Origin: a virus
DNA length: 64,000 bases
Reading direction: 5' to 3' (one strand)
Virus record (IMG/VR): IMGVR_UViG_3300047312_000028
Coordinates: 112,326-176,325 of that record
How positions within the stretch are numbered: the first letter of the stretch is position 1; each line of letters begins with the position of its first letter. Positions 56,653 through 64,000 of the stretch are shown piece after piece. Below the pieces are notes generated by a model. That model searched no databases, had not been told where the DNA came from, and was given only the letters and a program-made list of their open reading frames with translations. The translations under genes were made by a program, and so were the position numbers.

Positions 56653-56920
56653 GTGTCATATCACAATCGAACCAGTGATACCCATGACTCTTGAGGGTAT
56701 CAAGATCAGGGTAGAAGAAGTGAAGTGGTTCTTTTCATGTATTCATGCCGACCCTATGCTTGGCCAGAAAACATTGTGCTATGCCACGAATCATTTTAGT
56801 AATGAATCGAGTGCCATATTGATGACACAAAGAGTGTCTGAGGTACTCAATGAATTGGGGTGTTATGTCGTTCGAGCAAAGGTTGAGCATGTGATATTCG
56901 ACACAAGGAGCAAAGCATGA
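56639..56920 (+). CDS. hypothetical protein
   Basis: YECHITI...R.KVE..IFD. Confidence 0.55.
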   Translation: MLPYECHITIEPVIPMTLEGIKIRVEEVKWFFSCIHADPMLGQKTLCYATNHFSNESSAILMTQRVSEVLNELGCYVVRAKVEHVIFDTRSKA

Positions 56921-57216
56921 TACTTGATGCAGATAAGCTTGAAATGGGAATTGACATGCTCAGTGACTATCTCTCACGAGATGTGATGGTGGTATCATTC
57001 ACGAAGAAAGACGGCACAGAACGAGTCATGCGATGCACTCAGAATATGGACTTGATTCCTGTTGAGTTTCATCCCACCCCCAAGTTGCCCACCGATTTAC
57101 AAGAAGATTCAGACCCCCAGTTATTTAAGGTCTTTGATCTTGATAAGAAGGGATGGAGATCGTTCCGGTACACAACAATCAAGTCGTTAATAGCGTTTAC
57201 AAACCAGAAGAAATAA
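56917..57216 (+). CDS. WYL-like SH3-fold protein (DUF2693 type)
   Basis: V.FTKKDG..R.M.CT...VFDL.K.GWRSFR. Confidence 0.82.
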   Translation: MILDADKLEMGIDMLSDYLSRDVMVVSFTKKDGTERVMRCTQNMDLIPVEFHPTPKLPTDLQEDSDPQLFKVFDLDKKGWRSFRYTTIKSLIAFTNQKK

Positions 57217-57220
57217 AGTC

Positions 57221-57249
57221 TTGACAAATGCCAGAGTGTGTGTTAGAGT
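57221..57249 (+). promoter_or_regulatory. sigma70 promoter
   Basis: TTGACA-N17-TAGAGT. Confidence 0.75.
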
Positions 57250-57301
57250 AGCGATATAATTTGAATGGGGATTCTCCCATCACAAAAACAGGAGGTTTGT
57301 T

Positions 57302-58027
57302 ATGTTTATGAAGTCATTGCGGCATTCGATGCTTGCAGTATCGATGCTGTTTGTGTTTGCACTCATGACGGCATGTAGTTCAGTGTCGTTCTTGCCTATC
57401 ACTGCCGTCGGTCCAGACAGGATGTTGGGGCAACGCACAGTCAACGAAATGAATGCGCTGGCGCCTTCAGTTCAGCGTTCATGGACAGAAGTTTGTAACG
57501 TTCTTATCGTGCAGCACACTGCTCCTTGGGACTGGTCAGAAACATTGTATGAGCCCCCATGTGATCCAGTCGTTATTCCTGGTGCAAACTATGCGAACTC
57601 TCCTGGATACATTGCAGGACTCGCTGCTCCTTTGATTCAAGCAGGAGCAATCGTTGGTGGCGCGTATTTGATTGGGGACGGAATCAAGCATTCTGGCTCT
57701 AAGACTACGAACAACAACGGCGCTTCATCTAATGTCAGCGGTAACACGAACGGCAACAGCAACAATGCTAATGCTCACGGTGGAAACGCGAATGCCCATG
57801 GCGGGAACGCTCAGGGTGGACAGGGTGGAGTTGGTAACGGTGGTCAAGGCGGCGTAGGTAACGGTGGTGAGGGTGGAGTTGGGCAAGGCGGTCAGGGTGG
57901 TGGCGGTGGAATAGGTAACGGCGGCGAGGGCGGCGTCGGAGGCCAGGGTGGCAACGGTGGTCAGGGTGGAGTTGGCGGACAGGGTGGAGCAGGTGGAAAA
58001 GCCTGTGGACAGAACCCAAACTGCTAA
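57302..58027 (+). CDS. lipoprotein with C-terminal glycine-rich repeat
   Basis: lipobox LMTAC; (GG[QE]GGVG[NQ])n; AGGAGG SD. Confidence 0.8.
   Translation: MFMKSLRHSMLAVSMLFVFALMTACSSVSFLPITAVGPDRMLGQRTVNEMNALAPSVQRSWTEVCNVLIVQHTAPWDWSETLYEPPCDPVVIPGANYANSPGYIAGLAAPLIQAGAIVGGAYLIGDGIKHSGSKTTNNNGASSNVSGNTNGNSNNANAHGGNANAHGGNAQGGQGGVGNGGQGGVGNGGEGGVGQGGQGGGGGIGNGGEGGVGGQGGNGGQGGVGGQGGAGGKACGQNPNC
57760..57997 (+). repeat. coding tandem repeats NANAHGG x2 and GG(Q/E)GGVG(N/Q)
   Basis: imperfect ~24-nt repeats. Confidence 0.8.
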
Positions 58028-58052
58028 TCTCTCTTAGTAGTCACTCAGAGAA

Positions 58053-58083
58053 GCTCCGGGGTGTAATGCCCCGGAGCATTTTG
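58053..58083 (+). terminator. Rho-independent terminator
   Basis: GCTCCGGGG-TGTAATG-CCCCGGAGC then ATTTTG. Confidence 0.75.
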
Positions 58084-58301
58084 TTGAAGACTGGAGCTAT
58101 CGATGAATCGTTTAACTCTCTTATGTGCTGTGATTGTTGTTCTCGCGGCAGTCATTGTGTTCATGCAATGATGCTCCTCGTGGCAATACAAGTTTTTTCT
58201 GTCTCAGTCACACTGATAATCATACTTGTCGGTCTCAGTGTCTTAGATAGATTCGGAATGTGGTGTCTTCGTCTTATTGATCGAATAGGGAGTACTTTGA
58301 A

Positions 58302-58481
58302 ATGAACCCAGCGAACTTCCCAGACAACAAAAGACGCAAACAAAAAGAAGCATTGGATCGTAACAATGAATGGAAGCTCATGGCCCCAGGTGCCCAGTTG
58401 AAAGCTCTTGATCGTCGGCCTGGCGCCTGCAAGAAGCAACGAGAAAAGATTCTTGAGAGATTGAAACCAGCAGTGAAGTAG
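58302..58481 (+). CDS. basic 59-aa hypothetical protein
   Basis: GGGAG SD; MNPANFPDNKRRKQKEAL... Confidence 0.5.
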   Translation: MNPANFPDNKRRKQKEALDRNNEWKLMAPGAQLKALDRRPGACKKQREKILERLKPAVK

Positions 58482-58488
58482 AACATAA

Positions 58489-58774
58489 GGGAGAGGTGTG
58501 GCAGAAGTCTCCTTCTTGCGAGGAGAATGCTGAGTACGTTCACCTCGGAAAGAACAAGTAGTTGGCTATTGGGTAGTGCCAGTAGATATGAGGACTCTGG
58601 TGTGGGTCTCATGGTCGCTGAATCACATGTATACATAAAAACCAGCAAGCATGTGACGGAGGGTAAAATCCCCCTAGTTCGTAGAAGCGTTGTTGCAACA
58701 GCGTGGAGAACTATCGCATAGTAACCTGTAGTTGATGAACGTTGTAGGGGTTGGCATCCCTATCACCTCTCCCA
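58489..58774 (+). ncRNA. putative large structured non-coding RNA with tRNA-like topology
   Basis: terminal GGGAGAGGTG/CACCTCTCCC helix ending in CCA, long-range ACGTTCA/TGAACGT helix, at least 6 internal hairpins. Confidence 0.7.
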
Positions 58775-58792
58775 TTTTATTATTGAGGTATC

Positions 58793-59086
58793 ATGAATAA
58801 AACTTTAACCGACGATCAAAAGACAATTAAAGACCTCAGAAGGCAAATCTCTCAACTCAAAGAACAAGGCAACAGGTTCTTCGATCAAATCATATGCCGT
58901 GAGACTTACGGTATGTTCCTTTACCCAAAAGACAAACTCAACATATCGTGGACACTTTCTGATGTGTACGAGCGCGCCCATGCTGCACAGACGCTTGGGT
59001 ATAACGTACTGATTCGTGTGGATGATAAAGGGTTGCACGTCGATTACGCGAAGAAGCTCCCAAACTCACGACCATGGGCATTCTAA
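58793..59086 (+). CDS. hypothetical protein
   Basis: GAGGT SD, 97-aa ORF. Confidence 0.6.
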   Translation: MNKTLTDDQKTIKDLRRQISQLKEQGNRFFDQIICRETYGMFLYPKDKLNISWTLSDVYERAHAAQTLGYNVLIRVDDKGLHVDYAKKLPNSRPWAF

Positions 59087-59105
59087 ATCTAAAAGGAGTG
59101 CAATC

Positions 59106-59537
59106 ATGAAACTGGCATTGAAATACTGGTTAGTCATGGCGGCAATTGTTGCTGCTATCGCATTGTTCGGTGCACTCGCCCAGGCATCTGATAAGATACA
59201 ATCATGTGTACAAGCAGATGGCACAATGATCTACACGAACAAAGATATCAAAGGGTGCACAACTCTAAAGGCACATGAACTTTCCGTGGTTCCCTCTTAC
59301 GATCAGATTAAGCACGAAGATATTGCTCAGTCATTGATCGTGCCAACCCCGCCAGTCGTTCTTACCCCCGAAATCTCAAGCGTCTTGAGCGATACCTGCC
59401 AACTCTATCATGAATGGGTCAAACTAAATTCAACAGACCAAGGTGGGCTGAGAAACAACACAATAGAACGTCAACAGCGACGTGTGGCACTCACGATGAT
59501 TTTCGGATCAGGCTTCTCACCTTCAAACTGCAAATAA
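59106..59537 (+). CDS. secreted DUF4124-like protein
   Basis: signal peptide; C...DG...YTNK...GC. Confidence 0.6.
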   Translation: MKLALKYWLVMAAIVAAIALFGALAQASDKIQSCVQADGTMIYTNKDIKGCTTLKAHELSVVPSYDQIKHEDIAQSLIVPTPPVVLTPEISSVLSDTCQLYHEWVKLNSTDQGGLRNNTIERQQRRVALTMIFGSGFSPSNCK

Positions 59538-59950
59538 TGGGCAAACAAGATTTCAAAACTCGATTGATTGTAACCGCGCTCACACGAGATCACGGAATAC
59601 AACAAATTGAGGTAGACACAGATTTATCTGGGTTCATGCCTGAGTATGCTTCTGTACGCATACTCCACAAAGGGCAGGAACCATCGAGTTTTGACCCACG
59701 GAAACAATGGGACAGATGGACACATTCAACAGAAGATCCTAGAGACATAATGATTTGTGTTCAGTATTTTTGTGCTGGGTTCTATATTCAAAAAGATTTA
59801 CCGTTCATGATTGAAACGACAGAATACAGACAGCATTTGAGAGCAAATAGATCAAGAATAAACGAAACGGCGAGATGGGTAGGTATGGATTTACTGAACA
59901 ATCCAATGAGAAAGAATCTTCATTGGGGTATAGGTAATATAGTATGTTGA
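59537..59950 (+). CDS. hypothetical protein
   Basis: TAATG coupling. Confidence 0.5.
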   Translation: MGKQDFKTRLIVTALTRDHGIQQIEVDTDLSGFMPEYASVRILHKGQEPSSFDPRKQWDRWTHSTEDPRDIMICVQYFCAGFYIQKDLPFMIETTEYRQHLRANRSRINETARWVGMDLLNNPMRKNLHWGIGNIVC

Positions 59951-60165
59951 GTGAGATCAACATGACGCAACAACTCTCACCGCGCGATTACTCAGTGGTT
60001 CTTGGTAGACTCACAGATCATGGAGTGATTGAAGAAACTGAAAAGAATCAATGGCTTATGAACGCTATACAAATGTCAGACTGTGACTACCATGCACGAT
60101 ATCTTGAATGCCTCAAAGAACTTCATACCCGCCACATAACTCTTGACAATCACTTTCACCTATGA
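59944..60165 (+). CDS. hypothetical protein
   Basis: ORF in the operon. Confidence 0.45.
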   Translation: MLSEINMTQQLSPRDYSVVLGRLTDHGVIEETEKNQWLMNAIQMSDCDYHARYLECLKELHTRHITLDNHFHL

Positions 60166-60171
60166 TAGAGT
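60143..60171 (+). promoter_or_regulatory. sigma70 promoter for the NAD module
   Basis: TTGACA-N17-TAGAGT. Confidence 0.75.
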
Positions 60172-60179
60172 GAGACATT

Positions 60180-60974
60180 ATGATTATCTCAAACATACCG
60201 CACAAGATGTTTAAGTTCCCTGTGGGCGAAATGCAGGTGAATGTAGAGTATGAACGCCCCTATGATAGTGCTGTTCATGCTGTCAATGTGACGTTTACAT
60301 TCACAAAGAACGAAGACATTATCGAACTCATGTTGTTTGTTGATGCGTGTAAGCGCCAGGGAATGGTCTTAGGTACGCTCACGATGCCGTATGTGCCGTT
60401 TAGTCGCCAGGATCGTAAGAATGCTATTGGAGAATCATTCAGTCTTGCTGTCTTCTGCAATCTCATTAACTCACTCAACTTCTTTCAAGTTGTTGTGCAT
60501 GATCCGCATTCTGATGTGACACCCGCCCTCTTGAATAACTGCTTCGTGCGCGAACAACATACGATGTTGAAGCCTATCCTTGATAAGAACTTAGGCGCTC
60601 AACCATTCTATCTTGTCAGCCCTGATGCTGGCGCACTCAAAAAGATATACAAACTGGCAAAGATGTTTGATAACAACAGGATGATTGGTGTGATTGAGTG
60701 CGGAAAGAAGCGCGATACATCGACGGGTGATATCACAGGCACAGTCATATACAGAACACAACCACTCGTGCCTCAAGTGCCATGTGTGATGATCGATGAT
60801 ATTTGTGATGGTGGGCGAACATTCGTTGAACTTGGTAAAGCACTCAAAGCAAAAGGCGCAGAGAGAGTCCACCTCTATGTGACACACGGATTCTTCACGA
60901 AGGGTCTTGATGTGTTCAATGGAATTGTTGATGTAGTCGATGCAGCACACTTTTATCCGAGCTTCAAATCATGA
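60180..60974 (+). CDS. prs: ribose-phosphate pyrophosphokinase-like protein (Prs; Adps-like)
   Basis: FP.GE, MPY.PFSRQDR, DPHS, SPDAGA, IDDICDGGRTF, VTHG.F. Confidence 0.9.
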   Translation: MIISNIPHKMFKFPVGEMQVNVEYERPYDSAVHAVNVTFTFTKNEDIIELMLFVDACKRQGMVLGTLTMPYVPFSRQDRKNAIGESFSLAVFCNLINSLNFFQVVVHDPHSDVTPALLNNCFVREQHTMLKPILDKNLGAQPFYLVSPDAGALKKIYKLAKMFDNNRMIGVIECGKKRDTSTGDITGTVIYRTQPLVPQVPCVMIDDICDGGRTFVELGKALKAKGAERVHLYVTHGFFTKGLDVFNGIVDVVDAAHFYPSFKS

Positions 60975-61444
60975 CTATCACCTTTGTTGAATTTGTCACA
61001 TATAAAACAAAACTAGATGAACGTCTAGCCATTGCAAGTGAACGATGGCGTGAATTGCTGAACAGAAATAACAGAAGGAGCATTCATCCTTCAGTTGTTT
61101 TCACTGACATTTACTATAATCTAGAGCCCGTAACCCAATTACTCAAAGAACTTGGAGTGACAGGCGCCACGGCATACATGAGTGGTATAGATAGATGGGG
61201 CGATGGAGAAAGTATAGAGGTGCCCCTTGATCTTGTGCTGCCGTTATTTGAATTCACAGATGAGGATCCCTATAGCACTGTGAAACTTCTACACTATCGA
61301 TCAATGCTTGATGAACTCGACCAACGGCTACTTACAGAAAAGAAAATACAAGAAGAAAAAGATGAAGTAGCTAGAAAAGAGAGTGATTTGAGAGTATTTG
61401 AATCATTGTTAAAGAAATATCCAGAACTCAGGAATAACATATGA
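60971..61444 (+). CDS. hypothetical protein
   Basis: ATGA coupling. Confidence 0.55.
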   Translation: MTITFVEFVTYKTKLDERLAIASERWRELLNRNNRRSIHPSVVFTDIYYNLEPVTQLLKELGVTGATAYMSGIDRWGDGESIEVPLDLVLPLFEFTDEDPYSTVKLLHYRSMLDELDQRLLTEKKIQEEKDEVARKESDLRVFESLLKKYPELRNNI

Positions 61445-61749
61445 GAGAAATCTTAATTGCCATAGCAATGGGTGTTCTATTGTATATGTCAGGATGCTCA
61501 AGTGTTCCCTCATTATACAGTGAGCTTGAAGCATGGAAAGGTCAATCGATTGGGTTAGTCATTGAGCATTATGGCAAACCGAGTCAGATTTCTTACAAGG
61601 CAAAGAGCACAGAATATCGATGGCTCAATCATGTTCATGATATGAAGAGTGGTCGAGATTTCTATTGTGCCATCATCGTGACAACAGGCGCAGATGATAA
61701 GGTTGTTGGTTGGGAATACGCTGGTGATAGACAAGCAGGTTGTATCTAA
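61441..61749 (+). CDS. lipoprotein
   Basis: lipobox MSGC; W.G.....LI..YG.P. Confidence 0.65.
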   Translation: MREILIAIAMGVLLYMSGCSSVPSLYSELEAWKGQSIGLVIEHYGKPSQISYKAKSTEYRWLNHVHDMKSGRDFYCAIIVTTGADDKVVGWEYAGDRQAGCI

Positions 61750-61763
61750 CATAGGAGATTGAC

Positions 61764-63221
61764 ATGAGCACATCCCCAATACATTTTTCAGATTTCTACA
61801 AAACAGATCACGCACGTCAAGCGCCTGATGGTACGACAGGTATTTATGCGAACATGACGCCGCGCGGATCACGTATTGAGGGGATTGATAAGGTGGTTGT
61901 GTTCGGCTTTCAATATTTCGTGCTTGAGTATCTAATCAAGCGATTCAATCGAGACTTTTTCGAGCAGCCTAAGGACCTTGCCGTTCGGAGATATAAGCGC
62001 AGACTTGACAATGCCCTAGGCAAAGATGCTGTAGAGGTCTCACGATGGGAGAAGCTGCATGATCTTGGCTATCTACCATTGCATATCAAGGCGCTGAACG
62101 AAGGATTGTTGTGTCCTATGCGTGTGCCTGCACTCACAATTCGTGAGACACATCCAGATTTCTATTGGCTACCTACATGGATGGAAACGCTGTTATCAAC
62201 AGTCACATGGCATCCGATGACTAGCGCGACGATTGCACACCAATATCGTGTACTGATTGATGCGTATGCTGTAGAGACTTCAGACATTCCAAACTTTGCA
62301 GATTGGCAGGGGCATGACTTCAGTATGCGTGGTCATACAAGTGTTGAATCATCCTGTGTGAGCGGCATGGCGCACTTGTTAAGCTTCACAGGTACAGATA
62401 CGATTCCAGCAATTGATTTCCTCGAGGAATACTATTTTGCCAACTCTGATGAAGAGTTAGTGGGTGGTAGTGTGCCTGCGACTGAACACTCGGTCATGTG
62501 TTTGGGTAGTAAAGAGACTGAATTTGAAACATATAAACGCCTTATCTCTAAAGTGTATCCAAAGGGATTCATTAGCATTGTGTCAGACACATGGGACTAC
62601 TGGAAGATTCTCACAGAGGTGCTCCCTGCCTTGAAAGCAGAGATCATGGCACGAGATGGTCGCGTGGTCATACGACCTGACTCAGGCGATCCTGTGAAAA
62701 TCATTTGTGGCGACCCTGATGCACCCAAAGGGAGCCCAGCACACAAAGGCACTATCGAATTGCTCTACGAAGCATTCGGTGGTGAGAAGAACTCGAAAGG
62801 GTACATACAGCTTGATACCCATATCGGTGCTATCTATGGTGATTCGATCACTCTGCAACGTGCCAAAGAGATACTTGAGGGATTGAAGAGTAAAGGATTT
62901 GCATCCACCAACATAGTATTCGGCATCGGTTCATTCACATATCAATATGTGACACGAGACACATTTGGATTCGCAGTGAAAGCAACCTCAGGTATTATCA
63001 ATGGGGAACGAGTAGCGATCTTCAAAGATCCAAAGACTGATTCAGGTCTTAAGCGATCTGCAAAGGGATTACTCAGAGTCAATGCAGACTTCAGCTTATC
63101 GGAAGATGTGACTGAAGATGAAGAGAAAGAGGGATTACTTGAAACCATATTCGACAATGGGGTAGCATACAACCTTCAAACACTTACGGAGATTCGTAAG
63201 AGATTGGCAGAGCAGCTATGA
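61764..63221 (+). CDS. nadV: nicotinamide phosphoribosyltransferase-like protein (NAMPT; Namat-like)
   Basis: DFYK..H, HDFS.RG, GTDT, SVPATEHS, SIVSDTWD, RPDSGDP, IYGDSIT, K.SAKG. Confidence 0.93.
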   Translation: MSTSPIHFSDFYKTDHARQAPDGTTGIYANMTPRGSRIEGIDKVVVFGFQYFVLEYLIKRFNRDFFEQPKDLAVRRYKRRLDNALGKDAVEVSRWEKLHDLGYLPLHIKALNEGLLCPMRVPALTIRETHPDFYWLPTWMETLLSTVTWHPMTSATIAHQYRVLIDAYAVETSDIPNFADWQGHDFSMRGHTSVESSCVSGMAHLLSFTGTDTIPAIDFLEEYYFANSDEELVGGSVPATEHSVMCLGSKETEFETYKRLISKVYPKGFISIVSDTWDYWKILTEVLPALKAEIMARDGRVVIRPDSGDPVKIICGDPDAPKGSPAHKGTIELLYEAFGGEKNSKGYIQLDTHIGAIYGDSITLQRAKEILEGLKSKGFASTNIVFGIGSFTYQYVTRDTFGFAVKATSGIINGERVAIFKDPKTDSGLKRSAKGLLRVNADFSLSEDVTEDEEKEGLLETIFDNGVAYNLQTLTEIRKRLAEQL

Positions 63222-63370
63222 GGCCTTTAACAGATACACAGGCAGAGATATTAAGAATTCAAATCCAACAACTTAAATTTGCTGCTAAGTTTAAGTTTGA
63301 TGTGGATGATGTGTTGTATTTTGTCGATAAGATCAGACGAAATGTTAGCCGTTGGTCACACAAATCATGA
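63218..63370 (+). CDS. hypothetical 50-aa protein
   Basis: ATGA overlap with the nadV stop. Confidence 0.45.
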   Translation: MRPLTDTQAEILRIQIQQLKFAAKFKFDVDDVLYFVDKIRRNVSRWSHKS

Positions 63371-63391
63371 TTGAGATAGTTGGGGACTAGG

Positions 63392-63586
63392 ATGGGACTA
63401 AAGTATCAGATATACACACCAGGATCCAAGAAGCGTCTACTCTTTATCATTCGTGATATTGAGAATTTGCTTGAATGTGATGCCGACCGTGAACATATTA
63501 TGTTTAAGATAGCAGAATTGATGCCTTTAGCGGTCAATCAATTCGCCTGTTGTCCATCACCAATAGTCAAGAAGAAAGATTCATGA
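63392..63586 (+). CDS. hypothetical protein
   Basis: short ORF. Confidence 0.4.
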   Translation: MGLKYQIYTPGSKKRLLFIIRDIENLLECDADREHIMFKIAELMPLAVNQFACCPSPIVKKKDS

Positions 63587-63993
63587 ACCCAGAATATGAG
63601 GCATGGCTCGATGGTTATAGGGGACCCGCTCTCTTTCAATTTGGTGTCTTTACCCTTCATTCCGGTAAGCAATCAACATTCAAACTTGAATGCGATGCCG
63701 TCCGTAAATCTGAATGGCATTCACTTGCACGAATTGCGCTACCGATTCTGCCAGCATTTGGTGCTGTGCAAGCTGTCCCGAATGGTGGTTACAACTGGGC
63801 AGATATCTTCGAGCATTATATCCAACCGGGTGTCCACAGAACTTTAGTCGTGGATGATGTGTGGTCAACAGGTGATAGTATGATGCAGCACGTCCCTAAA
63901 GATACTCCCTGGCATGGTCTCGTGCTCTTTGCCCGTGGGCCTGTACCTAAGAATGTCACAGCATTGTTTATGTTGCATGAGGATCTACAATAA
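63583..63993 (+). CDS. type I phosphoribosyltransferase (orotate PRTase-like)
   Basis: G.FTLHSG..S..K.ECD, VP.GG, VVDDVWSTG. Confidence 0.78.
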   Translation: MNPEYEAWLDGYRGPALFQFGVFTLHSGKQSTFKLECDAVRKSEWHSLARIALPILPAFGAVQAVPNGGYNWADIFEHYIQPGVHRTLVVDDVWSTGDSMMQHVPKDTPWHGLVLFARGPVPKNVTALFMLHEDLQ

Positions 63994-64000
63994 TGGCCAA

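Noticed and set aside
57760-57997. CRISPR-like or DGR-like repeat
   Set aside because: Imperfect in-frame coding repeats with no unique spacers; no cas or reverse transcriptase gene in the window
58527-58721. 64-aa ORF in the ORF track
   Set aside because: It lies wholly inside the heavily base-paired element and its SD is sequestered in a hairpin; probably incidental, though a tmRNA-like reading frame cannot be excluded
58489-58774. Calling the structured RNA a tmRNA, intron-containing tRNA, group I intron, RNase P or SRP RNA
   Set aside because: No G3-U70 pair or TTCRA T-loop; no anticodon stem-loop can be reconstituted; the P7-like ACTAT/ATAGT halves are adjacent rather than separated by P3/P8; no GAGGAAAGTC or SRP domain IV motif
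1-64000. Stop-codon reassignment, or introns/inteins in core genes
   Set aside because: Core genes (gp43, gp41, gp46, nrdJ, gp61) are uninterrupted and of normal length in code 11; TAA, TAG and TGA all end genes

Overview
A 64-kb segment of a large T4-like (myovirus-type) bacteriophage genome, almost entirely on the + strand and in the standard genetic code. It carries the T4 replication, recombination and late-transcription core (uvsW end, gp55, gp47, gp46, gp1, gp45, gp44, gp62, regA, gp43, uvsX, gp41, gp61) and nucleotide-metabolism genes (dCMP deaminase, thyX, class II nrdJ, MazG-like proteins, 5'(3')-nucleotidase). Auxiliary genes include peptide deformylase, Dps, a CobS/CobT-like AAA-vWA pair and a 2OG oxygenase. 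Transcription appears to use many near-consensus sigma70 promoters and several gp55-type TATAAATA late promoters. The most notable accessory elements are: (1) a late block (41-49 kb) of capsid-targeted-looking polyproteins whose enzyme domains and small His/Lys-rich modules are separated by prohead-protease-type [LIVM]-x-E sites; (2) a ~285-nt unannotated, highly paired RNA with tRNA-like topology at 58489-58774; (3) a putative DNA hypermodification cluster (amino-MTase-like protein, PLP enzyme, GNAT-like/Asp-beta-hydroxylase fusion); (4) a ~9-kb glycosyl/methyl-transferase cluster behind a late-type promoter; (5) a NARP1-like NAD-reconstitution pair (Prs-like + NAMPT-like); (6) a tandem sheared-GA ssDNA hairpin that is an origin candidate, plus structured leaders. 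No CRISPR array, rRNA or canonical tRNA was found. All calls come from motif recognition by eye; no searches were run.
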